From positions 28,395 through 92,394 of the forward strand of contig MNYS01000002.1 in the NCBI GenBank assembly GCA_001873215.1: a stretch of DNA of 64,000 nt. The letters run 5' to 3'. The position numbers and the translations under genes were made by a program. Source of the DNA: Candidatus Levybacteria bacterium CG2_30_37_29 (GTDB lineage Bacteria > Patescibacteriota > Microgenomatia > Levybacterales > GWA1-39-11). Shown here in pieces: positions 37,060 through 46,404 of this stretch. The notes beneath the pieces were generated by a model. It did not search any database. It was given only the letters and a program-made list of their open reading frames with translations, and was not told where the DNA came from. The stretch's first letter is position 1, and the number at the start of each line of letters is the position of its first letter.

Positions 37060-37138
37060 TGGTGTCCTAGGTCACTAGCCTCGATGATCGCAGTCATCGG
37101 GATCCCGAATGAAAACTATCATCGGGAACGATGGGGCC
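37060..37138 (-). pseudogene. Duplicated 5' fragment of tRNA-Glu (positions 1-30) interrupted by a 49-nt structured insertion
   Basis: GGCCCCATCGT [TCCCGATGATAGTTTTCATTCGGGATCCCGATGACTGCGATCATCGAGG] CTAGTGACCTAGGACACCA compares with the intact tRNA GGCCCCATCGTCTAGTGGCCTAGGACACCA. One substitution. The insertion contains two hairpins. The GIY-YIG start codon follows 2 nt later. Confidence 0.65.
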
Positions 37139-37228
37139 AAGTAGCCCCTTATTTTACTAGAAATAGGTTAAATTCACAAGAAAAATATAGAGTGGAGTTT
37201 ATTTTTTCTTCTATGTATAATAAAAGTT

Positions 37229-38017
37229 ATGAAAAAGACAAACTTGGACAATTTCTTGCTTTCCGTTGTTATCCCCTCATATAACGAAATGGGGAATCTT
37301 CAAAAGGGAACTCTTGATAAAGTAGAGCATTATCTTGAGAAAAATAAGTTTAATTACGAAGTTTTGGTAGTCGATGACGGATCAACCGATGGAAGTCTTG
37401 AATTTGTCAAAAAGTTTTCCCGCGAAAATCCCAAATTTAAAGTCGTAGAAAACAACCATACGGGGAAAGCAGGAGCTGTAACAGCGGGGGTTTTGAAAGC
37501 TGCAGGAGATTATATACTTTTTACGGATATGGATCAGGCAACACCGATTGAGGAAATTGAAAAGATTTTGCCGTTTACAAAGGCCATGCCTGCCGGCAGG
37601 CAGGAATTCGATATTGTTATCGGCTCGCGAAATAACACAAGGCGCGGCGCGCCATTCTCAAGAAAATTAATGGCCAAAGGGATGATTGTTCTACGTTCTC
37701 TTCTCGTCGGTTTTCCGGAAATTAAGGATACGCAGTGCGGATTTAAGCTTTTTACAAAAAAATCCGCCCGAGAAATTTTTGAGAAAATGTTAAATTTGCA
37801 CGGAGGATTTAAGTCTATAAAGAATTCAAGTGTTACGGCAGGATTTGATGTAGAACTTTTGTATATCGGCACACGACTTGGGTATAAAATTAAAGAAGTC
37901 CCGGTAGAGTGGTTATATGTTGAGACAAGAAGAGTGAATCCGATAAAGGATTCGTTGGACGGCTTTTTAGATCTTGTAAGAATCCGTGGAAGAATTTTAA
38001 AAGGACGGTATGGGTAG
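37229..38017 (+). CDS. GT2 glycosyltransferase (polyprenyl-phosphate sugar synthase, DPM/DPG-synthase-like)
   Basis: VVIPSYNE...VLVVDDGSTDGS, DMD and DIVIGSR motifs. Contains the third palindrome copy (MPAGRQ). Confidence 0.8.
   Translation: MKKTNLDNFLLSVVIPSYNEMGNLQKGTLDKVEHYLEKNKFNYEVLVVDDGSTDGSLEFVKKFSRENPKFKVVENNHTGKAGAVTAGVLKAAGDYILFTDMDQATPIEEIEKILPFTKAMPAGRQEFDIVIGSRNNTRRGAPFSRKLMAKGMIVLRSLLVGFPEIKDTQCGFKLFTKKSAREIFEKMLNLHGGFKSIKNSSVTAGFDVELLYIGTRLGYKIKEVPVEWLYVETRRVNPIKDSLDGFLDLVRIRGRILKGRYG
37585..37604. repeat. Third copy (18/20) of the GC-rich palindrome, in frame inside the GT2 gene (encodes MPAGRQ)
   Basis: CATGCCTGCCGGCAGGCAGG, with the perfect palindromic core TGCCTGCCGGCAGGCA. 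Same reading frame relative to the palindrome as the other two copies. Confidence 0.85.
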
Positions 38018-39179
38018 AAAATTATTGTTGTGGGGTTGGATTATTGGAGCTTTGCTTCTTCTTCTTTATTCTTTTACTCAAATTGATCTGTCTTTGACAT
38101 TTTCGCAAATTTCTATTTGGCAAGTCTTTCAAAAACAATTTCAGTATATCGGCTATTTTAACAGACCCTTATCAACAGTTTTTTATATTTTCTTAATCGT
38201 TATAAGTTCGAGCTTATATGTATTAACACTGCGGGAGGTTATTAAAAATAAATTGAACAGAAAAACGGTTTGGACAATTATATTTGCTGTTGCAGCAATA
38301 CTTTTTTTCTCCTACAACGCTTTTTCTTATGACTTTTTCAATTACATGTTTGATGCAAGAGTTGTAACTCATTACCATCTCAATCCTTATCTTTATAAAG
38401 CTCTCGATTTTCCTGGTGACCCGATGCTTTCTTTTATGAGATCAACTCATAGAGTTTATCCATATGGTCCGTCGTGGCTTTTATTTACTGTTCCTCTTTC
38501 ATTTATCGGAGTCAAACTATTTATTCTTACATTTTACTTGTTTAAACTTCTTGTTGTTGCAAGCACGGTTCTTGCGGCTTTTATGATTGAAAAAATAGCT
38601 CGGATTTTGAAATTAAAAAATCCGTTATTTCCGGTTGTATTTTTTGCACTAAACCCACTTGTTTTATTTGAGGCATTTGTATCGGGGCATAACGATATGG
38701 TAATGGTCTCATTAGTACTTGTTTCTTTTTATCTTTTGTTTAAGCAAAAATATGTTGGATCGATTTTATTTTTACTTCTTTCAATAGGAGTAAAGTTTGC
38801 AACAATTATTTTTATCCCTCTATATTTGCTAATTATTTTTAAAAAAAGTTCAAACACATTTATAGTAAATTCTCTTGCGTTTTTGGCAGCAGTAGGTGTT
38901 GTAATTACGTCTTTGGCTTCGGGACAAAATAAAAATCCCGAATTTCAACCTTGGTATTTACTTCTTTTTCTTCCGTTCGTATCTCTTCTTGAATCAAAAA
39001 AAATTATTTTGTTTGTTACTGTTTTTATTACAATAGCTTCCCTCCTCTCGTATTTTCCGTTTATTGCAGACGGACACTGGCCAAAAAACATAGTTGAGCT
39101 AAAAAATATTATTCTTTTAGTATCTGCTCTTTCCGGTGTAGTTGTTTATTCGCTTTCAAAAAAACTCTCTGATGTGTAA
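38010..39179 (+). CDS. Polytopic membrane protein, probable GT-C-type glycosyltransferase (DUF2029/GT87-like)
   Basis: About 10 TM helices, overlapping and translationally coupled to the upstream GT2. Family assignment tentative. Confidence 0.45.
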   Translation: MGRKLLLWGWIIGALLLLLYSFTQIDLSLTFSQISIWQVFQKQFQYIGYFNRPLSTVFYIFLIVISSSLYVLTLREVIKNKLNRKTVWTIIFAVAAILFFSYNAFSYDFFNYMFDARVVTHYHLNPYLYKALDFPGDPMLSFMRSTHRVYPYGPSWLLFTVPLSFIGVKLFILTFYLFKLLVVASTVLAAFMIEKIARILKLKNPLFPVVFFALNPLVLFEAFVSGHNDMVMVSLVLVSFYLLFKQKYVGSILFLLLSIGVKFATIIFIPLYLLIIFKKSSNTFIVNSLAFLAAVGVVITSLASGQNKNPEFQPWYLLLFLPFVSLLESKKIILFVTVFITIASLLSYFPFIADGHWPKNIVELKNIILLVSALSGVVVYSLSKKLSDV

Positions 39180-39224
39180 TTTACATTTGCCCAGCTAACC
39201 TTATTTTATGTATAATCATTACAT

Positions 39225-40742
39225 ATGAAATTTGTTTGGCATTGGTATCGCCATATCGGCGTCATTGCCTCCGCAATTGCGCTATTTTTCCTAACACGCC
39301 TTTACAATATTACCTCACTTCCAATTTTTACCGACGAAGCAATATATGTGAGATGGTCGCAAATTGCAAAACAGGATGCTTCTTGGCGTTTTATATCGCT
39401 TACTGACGGAAAACAACCTCTTTTTATTTGGATTTCAGCAATAAGTATGAAATTTATAAGCGATCCACTCCTTGCGGCAAGATGCGTTTCGGTTGGAGCG
39501 GGATTTGTAAGTTTAGTCGGCCTTTTTTTCTTGGGATACGAAGTTTTTAGAAGTAAAAAGGTAGGATTTTTGGCTAGCGCGCTGTATGTTTTGTTTCCAT
39601 TTGCGCTCGTCTATGACAAAATGGCCCTTTATGATTCGCTTCTTGGGGCACTAGCCGTATGGGCTTTGTATTTTGAAATCCATCTTATTAAGAGAAAAAG
39701 ACTTGATATAGCGTTAATATTGGGAATGGTTTTGGGTACGGGTTTACTCACAAAATCATCCGCCTTTTTCTTTATTTACCTGTTGCCTCTATCTTTTTTG
39801 CTTTTTGACTTTAAGTCGCACAAGAAAGTAGGGCAGGCTATAAAATTTGTTCTTCTTGCTACTGTTTCAATTGTTCTTGCGTACGCAATGTATGGAATAC
39901 TTAGACTTTCTCCGTTCTTTCATATTGTCGATGAAAAAAACACAATTTTTGTCTATCCTTTTTCGGAGTGGTTATCCCACCCTTTCACTTTTTTCATAGG
40001 AAATGTTCGAGGTCTTTTTGATTGGCTTTTAACTTATATTACATATCCTATTGCGGGACTTTGTCTTTTGTCATTTTTCTTAGGAAAGAGGATATATCTT
40101 CGGGAAAAGATATTATTATTTTCTTGGTTTTTGGTACCGTTTTTGGCTCTTGCCCTATTTGGGAGAGTTATTTATCCAAGATTTATATTCTTTATGACCC
40201 TGCCTCTTCTTGTTCTTGCGGCATATTCTTTATATGTTCTTCTGGAAAAAATAAAAATACAGAGTGGAAAAATAGTGCTGATTTTGCTTTTCGTATTTAT
40301 TATGATAAGAACAGACTACTTTATTTTAACTGATTTTTCCCGCGCCCCAATCCCATTTTCTGATTTAAGTCAGTATATAAACGAATGGCCTGCAGGAGGA
40401 GGAGTTGCCGAAGCCGTACAATTTTTCAAAGAACAATCTGTGACCGGGAAGGTAACTGTTTTTACGCAAGGAACCTTTGGTCTTATGCCTTACGCTTTTG
40501 AGATATATTTAAAAGATAATCCAAATATCCAAGTGAAAGGTTTTTGGCCGGTTACCGATATAATGCCAAAAGAATTTAGTATGCAGGCAAAATCAACAAA
40601 AGTATATTTGGTTTTTTATCAGCCTTGTGTACCTTGTAGGGCTAATGGAGAGATTCCAATTTCCTGGACGGCAAAAAAAATTCTAAGCTACAAAAAAGGG
40701 GCAGGGAATGCATATTTAAATATTTATGAAGTTATTCCATAA
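39225..40742 (+). CDS. GT-C glycosyltransferase, ArnT/PMT (GT83/GT39)-like
   Basis: N-terminal first-loop motif FTDEAIY (the DE of GT-C enzymes). Polytopic N-terminal half plus a soluble C-terminal domain. Confidence 0.6.
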   Translation: MKFVWHWYRHIGVIASAIALFFLTRLYNITSLPIFTDEAIYVRWSQIAKQDASWRFISLTDGKQPLFIWISAISMKFISDPLLAARCVSVGAGFVSLVGLFFLGYEVFRSKKVGFLASALYVLFPFALVYDKMALYDSLLGALAVWALYFEIHLIKRKRLDIALILGMVLGTGLLTKSSAFFFIYLLPLSFLLFDFKSHKKVGQAIKFVLLATVSIVLAYAMYGILRLSPFFHIVDEKNTIFVYPFSEWLSHPFTFFIGNVRGLFDWLLTYITYPIAGLCLLSFFLGKRIYLREKILLFSWFLVPFLALALFGRVIYPRFIFFMTLPLLVLAAYSLYVLLEKIKIQSGKIVLILLFVFIMIRTDYFILTDFSRAPIPFSDLSQYINEWPAGGGVAEAVQFFKEQSVTGKVTVFTQGTFGLMPYAFEIYLKDNPNIQVKGFWPVTDIMPKEFSMQAKSTKVYLVFYQPCVPCRANGEIPISWTAKKILSYKKGAGNAYLNIYEVIP

Positions 40743-42375
40743 TCTTTTAAGAGTTGGGACATATAGATATTATGTTCTGGTATTTCTTGTTTCTTCTCTT
40801 CCTCTTACCGCTTTTTTTATAACAACAAATCTTGTACATACAAGCGATGGACTAGTGCATGTTCCTCGGATAGCCGCGTTCTATAAAGCGCTTGTTGATG
40901 GTCAATTTCCTGTGCGTTGGGCCGGTGATTTAAATTTTGGATACGGTATGCCGCTTTTCAATTTCATGTATCAATTGCCATATTTGGTTTCATCCTTTTT
41001 TATTGTTGTAGGTTTTGATTTAGTTTCATCTTTCAAGCTTTCTATGGCAACAAGTTTTTTACTATCGGGATTTTTTATATTTTTATTCGCAAGAGAATTT
41101 TTTAAAGATGAAAAAAAAGCGTTACTTATAACTCTCCTATATCAATTTGCCCCTTTTCATTTGGTAGAGCTATTGGTGCGAGGAAGTTTTGGGGAGTTGT
41201 ATACCTATACCTTTTTGCCACTAGTTTTATTTGGTTTAACAAAGATTATAAATAAACCAACAGTAAAATCTTTTGTTCTTACCTCCGTTGCGACTTTTTT
41301 TCTTATAATTTCACATAATGCAATAAGTTTAGTTTTTTTTGGAGTATGTTTGTTTTACATCCTCTTTTTTGCTCCGCGCAAAAAATGGCTGGTAAGTTTT
41401 GCATCGTTATTTTTCGGATTGGGTCTTTCTGCATATTATTTTATTCCGGCTATATTTGAACATAAATATACTTATGGAGATTTATATATGAAGGATTTAT
41501 ATAAAAGTCATTTTGTTCCTCTCTATTATTTTTTTGTCCCTAATATTTTAAAAAGTCAGGAATTTCGGATAGGAGCAGTGTCTGTCCAGTTTGGGCTATT
41601 CCATGTATTAGCAATTATTGCCGGATTTTTTGCATACACGAGAAGAAAAAGAGAATCAGGACGTATAATTCTTTTTTGTCTTATACTTGTTGGCGTTTCA
41701 TTATTTTTTATGCAGCCTATATCTAAGATCTTGTGGGAAAGACTTACGCTTCTTCGTCAATTCCAGTTTCCGTGGAGGTTTATTTCAGTCGTAGTTTTTG
41801 CAACTTCTTTTTTAGGAGTAACATTTTTTGAATTCAAAAAATTTTCAAAACATTTGGTTTTCGTTAGCGTTTGTATATTTATTGTTTTATCGACTGTTTT
41901 TTACTGGGTTCCTCAAGAAGGATTCGACAAAATAAATGAGAATTACTATCGAAATTTCCCTCTTACTACAACTTACTATGGTGAAACAGATGTAATATGG
42001 ACTGCAGGAGAGTTTCATTCTTACCCGAAAAAACCGGTAGAGACAATAGAAGGAAATGCAATAGTTTCAAATTACAAAAAGAAATCAAACGTTCACACCT
42101 ACATTGTTGTTTCTCAGAAACCGAGCAAAATTGTTGACCATACGGAATATTTTCCGGGTTGGAAAGTATATGTAAATGGAAAACAAACCTCGATAGAATT
42201 TCAGGATCAAAACTATCGTGGAGAGATAACGTTTGCTGTTCCTGCGGGAAGTAATGATGTAAAGGTTGTATTCGGTGAAAGTCCAATTCGTGCTGTGTCT
42301 GATGGGATAAGCATTCTTTCTTTTGCAGGAATTATTGGATATGTTGGATTTCGTAAAGTCAGGAAAAAAAGATGA
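40726..42375 (+). CDS. Membrane protein of the PTPS-related family (PF10131-like), paralog 1
   Basis: N-terminus HTSDGLVHVPRIAAFYKALVDGQFPVRWAGDLNFGYGMPLFNFMYQLPY matches the family signature. C-terminal YFPGWKVYVNG module. Confidence 0.6.
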   Translation: MKLFHNLLRVGTYRYYVLVFLVSSLPLTAFFITTNLVHTSDGLVHVPRIAAFYKALVDGQFPVRWAGDLNFGYGMPLFNFMYQLPYLVSSFFIVVGFDLVSSFKLSMATSFLLSGFFIFLFAREFFKDEKKALLITLLYQFAPFHLVELLVRGSFGELYTYTFLPLVLFGLTKIINKPTVKSFVLTSVATFFLIISHNAISLVFFGVCLFYILFFAPRKKWLVSFASLFFGLGLSAYYFIPAIFEHKYTYGDLYMKDLYKSHFVPLYYFFVPNILKSQEFRIGAVSVQFGLFHVLAIIAGFFAYTRRKRESGRIILFCLILVGVSLFFMQPISKILWERLTLLRQFQFPWRFISVVVFATSFLGVTFFEFKKFSKHLVFVSVCIFIVLSTVFYWVPQEGFDKINENYYRNFPLTTTYYGETDVIWTAGEFHSYPKKPVETIEGNAIVSNYKKKSNVHTYIVVSQKPSKIVDHTEYFPGWKVYVNGKQTSIEFQDQNYRGEITFAVPAGSNDVKVVFGESPIRAVSDGISILSFAGIIGYVGFRKVRKKR

Positions 42376-44726
42376 AAAAAAATATATTAATTTTATTATT
42401 TTTTCTTGGAGTTACAGCGATATTTTTTTATAAAACATTTTTGTTTGGGAAAATTCCTTTTCCAGGAGACCTTCTTCTTGCAGAATACAATCCTTGGAAA
42501 AGTTATTCCTTTGAAGGATATGTTCCCGGAAGTATTCCAAATAAAGCACAATATTTTGACACCATTCGACAGATTTATCCTTGGAAAACATTTGCAATTG
42601 ACACATTAAAGCACGGAAATTTTCCTCTATGGAATCCGTATAATTTTGCAGGTGCTCCGCTTTTTGCAAATTCGCAGTCGGCCGTACTCTATCCTTTAAA
42701 TATTTTTTATCTTTTTCTTCCTCAAGTTTCAGTTTGGGCGTTACAAGTTGCTTTCCAGCCGCTTTTGGCTTTGGTATTTACATTTATTTACGCAAGAGTG
42801 ATTGGATTGTCAAAAAAAGGGGCGGTTTTTTCATCTGTTGCATATTCTTTTTCGCTTTTTATGAGCGTATTTTTGGAATACAATACTGTTGGTCACGTAA
42901 TTTTGTTTCTCCCTCTGGTGCTTTTTTCAGTTGAGAAAATAATTACAAAAACAAGATGGGTTTGGGTAGCACTTCTTATTGCCTCTATTGCAGGTGCATT
43001 TACGGCAGGACACATACAAATATTCGGCTTTCTTTATATTTTTTCTTTGATATATGCGGTAACAAGAATTGTTTTTGCAAAAAGTAAAAAATTAACCGTA
43101 ATTACTATAATTGTATGTTTTCTTCTGCCGCTTGGTATTGTTGCGCTTGAACTTTTTCCGCTTATGGAGCTTATTAAAAATTCTGCGCGCGCAAGCCAAG
43201 ACTATAATTTTTTGCTGCGAGTGCTATTAATCCAGCCGTACCAAATGATACTTTTTATAGCACCTGATATTTTTGGAAACCCTGCTACAAGAAACTACAT
43301 GATTGGTTTTGATGCTTACCCCGGTAACTCAATTTATATTGGTATCTTGCCGTTTTTATTTTCTTTTCTTTCATTTAAACACTTCAAAATAAATTTTTAT
43401 GTTAAGTTTTTTTCAATTACAATTGTTGTTCTTTTGTTGCTTTTTGTACATACACCGTTAACAGAGTTACTTTACCGCTTTAATATTCCACTTTTTTCAA
43501 CAGGCTCGCCGACAAACGCAATTTTTCTTTTGTCTTTTAGCTTATCAATTCTTGCAGGAATAGGAATAGACTTGTGGTTATTAAAAAAGGAAATGTCCAA
43601 ACAAATAGTTGTAAGTTTTGGCATCCTTTTTATCTTTTTGTGGGGATTTTTTATTCTCGGCCGTCCATCAATAGTTTTGATAAAAAACTTTATTTTGCCT
43701 ACCATGCTTTTTTGCGTACTATTTTTTGCAGTTATTATTGGAAACAAAAAACACAGTTTTAAAAAGATAGTCTTTTTTGTTCTTCTGGCATTAACTATAT
43801 TGGATTCTTTCTACTATTTTCAAAAATTTAATCCTTTTGTCCCGCGTGGTTTTGTTTTTCCTGATACTAAAATTATTTCATTTCTTCAAAAAAATACAGG
43901 GATTAACAGAATTTGGGGATATGGGAATGCTCAAATAGAATCAAATTTCCATACGCAATATTCTATTTTTTCTGCCGAAGGGTATGATCCGCTTTACCCA
44001 AAAAACTATGGAAGTTTTATTCAATCTACAAAAAACGGAAAAATAGGCAGCGAATTTAACAACGAAACTCGCTCTGATGCAGTGATTGCTCCCGGTTCAG
44101 GAGAAGTGGATTTGCCAAACAATATAAACCGTCTAAAAGTATTAGATTTACTTGGTGTAAAATACATTTTGGATAAAAAGGAAAACGGAACAACGGAAAA
44201 AACCTTTCCAGACTCGCGGTACAAAAAAATATTTGATGCAGATGGGTGGGTAATATTTGAAAATAAAAATAGCCTTCCAAGATTTTATTTGGCGGATAAT
44301 TTTGCGGTTTATAATAACAATAAAGAATTTGAGAATATATTTTTTTCAAATACTTTTGACCCGAACAACACAGTTCTTTTAAATGAAAAGATAAACGGGT
44401 TTAGCAACGCGCCGGGTGAAAGAGGAACAGCGATTCTTTTATCATATGCACCATCCAAAATATCAATTCGAACAGAATCAAAAACTAATAAGATTCTGTT
44501 TTTATCAGATACTTATTATCCGGGATGGGAGGCATATGTTGATAATGTAAAGACCGAAATTTTAAGAGCAAATTATGCATTTCGCGGAGTTGTAGTTCCA
44601 AAAGGCAGCCATGCGATAACATTTTTGTACCAGCCTAAATCCTTTTCAAATGGGGTTATAGTATCTATAATAAGTAGCGTAGTAGCTTTTATTTTTATAC
44701 TTAAGATAAAAAGATATGAAACTTAA
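42372..44726 (+). CDS. YfhO-family membrane protein (putative glycosylation enzyme), paralog 1
   Basis: IRQIYPWKTFAIDTLKHGNFPLWNPYNFAGAPLFANSQSAVLYP is the YfhO N-terminal signature. 784 aa, polytopic. C-terminal YYPGWEAYVDN...AFRGVVVPKGSH module. Confidence 0.7.
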   Translation: MKKNILILLFFLGVTAIFFYKTFLFGKIPFPGDLLLAEYNPWKSYSFEGYVPGSIPNKAQYFDTIRQIYPWKTFAIDTLKHGNFPLWNPYNFAGAPLFANSQSAVLYPLNIFYLFLPQVSVWALQVAFQPLLALVFTFIYARVIGLSKKGAVFSSVAYSFSLFMSVFLEYNTVGHVILFLPLVLFSVEKIITKTRWVWVALLIASIAGAFTAGHIQIFGFLYIFSLIYAVTRIVFAKSKKLTVITIIVCFLLPLGIVALELFPLMELIKNSARASQDYNFLLRVLLIQPYQMILFIAPDIFGNPATRNYMIGFDAYPGNSIYIGILPFLFSFLSFKHFKINFYVKFFSITIVVLLLLFVHTPLTELLYRFNIPLFSTGSPTNAIFLLSFSLSILAGIGIDLWLLKKEMSKQIVVSFGILFIFLWGFFILGRPSIVLIKNFILPTMLFCVLFFAVIIGNKKHSFKKIVFFVLLALTILDSFYYFQKFNPFVPRGFVFPDTKIISFLQKNTGINRIWGYGNAQIESNFHTQYSIFSAEGYDPLYPKNYGSFIQSTKNGKIGSEFNNETRSDAVIAPGSGEVDLPNNINRLKVLDLLGVKYILDKKENGTTEKTFPDSRYKKIFDADGWVIFENKNSLPRFYLADNFAVYNNNKEFENIFFSNTFDPNNTVLLNEKINGFSNAPGERGTAILLSYAPSKISIRTESKTNKILFLSDTYYPGWEAYVDNVKTEILRANYAFRGVVVPKGSHAITFLYQPKSFSNGVIVSIISSVVAFIFILKIKRYET

Positions 44727-46404
44727 CATTAAATTACTTATTTTATTGGGAATTTTTGTTATTGCATTTATCCTTAGGTTTTATAAACTTGGAGACGTTC
44801 CTAACGGTCTATACCAGGACGAAACATCAATCGGATACAATGCATATTCGATTATGACAACAGGAAAGGATGAATATGGAAAAATTTTTCCGTTGTATTT
44901 TAAATCATTCGGAGACTACAAGCTTCCAATTTATATTTACTCGGCAATTATCCCTATTAAATTATTTGGATTAAATGCGTTCGCAGTACGATTTCCTTCG
45001 GCGTTTTTTGGTTTTTTAACTGTTGTAATGTTTTATTTTTTTATAAAGGAAATTACCGATAAAAAAAACCTTGCACTTGTCGCAACATTTTTACTTACGA
45101 TTAACCCATGGCATCTTCATTATAGTAGAGCAACTTTTGAAGTTAGTATTTCTCTTTTCCTATTTATTGTAGGAACTTACCTTCTTTCCCGAGCTTTTAA
45201 AAAAGGGAAGAGCATTGAATTTTTTGTTGGAACATGCCTTTTTATATTATGTATTTATACATATAACCTGACACGGCTTCTTTCGCCTATTTTATATTTT
45301 AGCGTAATTCTTATTTATAAAAATGAACTTAAGAAAATTAGCAAGGGAACGTTTATTATTAGTACAATTTTCTCAATTTTTTTATTAACCCCTTTTATAA
45401 TTAGTTTTATCTCTGGAGGGGGTATATCTTCAGCCTTGGGAACTCTTATTTTTTCAAGCGCCGCAGTAAAAGCTCCTCTTCTGGAATTAAGAAGTTATTT
45501 TATTAACATACCACCTATTATTTCAAAACTGTTTTTCAGTATTAATGCTATGATATTACTGCAGTATTTGCAAAATATAGCGTCGTATTTTTCGATAAAC
45601 TTTTTCTTTATCGCTGGATCACTCCACGGAAATCATGGAATAGGAAATGTGGGACAGTTTTACCTTTTTGAGTTGCCACTATTTATATATGGTTTAATCC
45701 TTTCTTTAAAACATAATTCGTGGGGTAAAATATTTGTATTATGGGGAATTATAACAATTCTTGTTGCGGGGGCGACAAGAGAGGTTCCACATGCTACCAG
45801 AAGCTTTTTTCTTGTTGTTCCTATAATAGTTTGTATTGCTTTAGGAGTACTAGCTGTTTGGAAAAAGATAATAAGCATTAAAATTTCCTCGCTCAGAATT
45901 GGGATTTTGGCTATTTGTTTGGCTTTCGCATTCTATAATATCATTTATTATTTTGCGTCCTATTACATTCGCTTCCCAATTGCATATGCAAAAGCTTGGA
46001 GAACAACAGATAAAGAATTATCGCTTTTTCTTGCACAAAATGAAATCCGTTATGACAAAATTATTTTTGATAAGGATGCAGGATTTATCTATTCATCAAT
46101 GCTTTTCTACTCAAAATATCCACCTTTAGATTTTCAGAAGACTTCTATGCGAGAGGCTGATACTTCTGAGGGGTTTTCTAATATAAAATCGTTTGGAAAA
46201 TATGAATTTAGAACAATAAATTGGGATAAAGATATAAAAATACCAAACGCACTAATTATTACGGATTTTCTAAAAAAACCTAAAGATCTATCAGCTTTGA
46301 CTATATTTTATTATCCATTGCGTCCTATTGTTTTAGCAGTTGAGCAGAAAATTATCTCATATCCTTTCAGGGAGCCTTCTTATGTCGTTTACGAAACACA
46401 TTAA
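44716..46404 (+). CDS. GT-C glycosyltransferase, ArnT/PMT (GT39/GT83)-like
   Basis: YQDETSIGYNAYS DE motif in the first loop. KLPIYIYS. Polytopic. Confidence 0.65.
   Translation: MKLNIKLLILLGIFVIAFILRFYKLGDVPNGLYQDETSIGYNAYSIMTTGKDEYGKIFPLYFKSFGDYKLPIYIYSAIIPIKLFGLNAFAVRFPSAFFGFLTVVMFYFFIKEITDKKNLALVATFLLTINPWHLHYSRATFEVSISLFLFIVGTYLLSRAFKKGKSIEFFVGTCLFILCIYTYNLTRLLSPILYFSVILIYKNELKKISKGTFIISTIFSIFLLTPFIISFISGGGISSALGTLIFSSAAVKAPLLELRSYFINIPPIISKLFFSINAMILLQYLQNIASYFSINFFFIAGSLHGNHGIGNVGQFYLFELPLFIYGLILSLKHNSWGKIFVLWGIITILVAGATREVPHATRSFFLVVPIIVCIALGVLAVWKKIISIKISSLRIGILAICLAFAFYNIIYYFASYYIRFPIAYAKAWRTTDKELSLFLAQNEIRYDKIIFDKDAGFIYSSMLFYSKYPPLDFQKTSMREADTSEGFSNIKSFGKYEFRTINWDKDIKIPNALIITDFLKKPKDLSALTIFYYPLRPIVLAVEQKIISYPFREPSYVVYETH

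Noticed and set aside
36997-37284. Plus-strand 95-aa ORF spanning the duplicated tRNA fragment
   Set aside because: Covers the tRNA-fragment/hairpin region antisense to the GIY-YIG gene start. No coding signal.
40022-40333. Alternative-frame ORF inside the ArnT-like gene, plus many short antisense ORFs across the glycosylation locus (e.g. 41966..42286, 43472..43747, 45660..45878, 51197..51556, 56209..56850, 57825..58094)
   Set aside because: All are nested within long, motif-supported membrane-protein or glycosyltransferase genes. Typical AT-rich antisense open frames.
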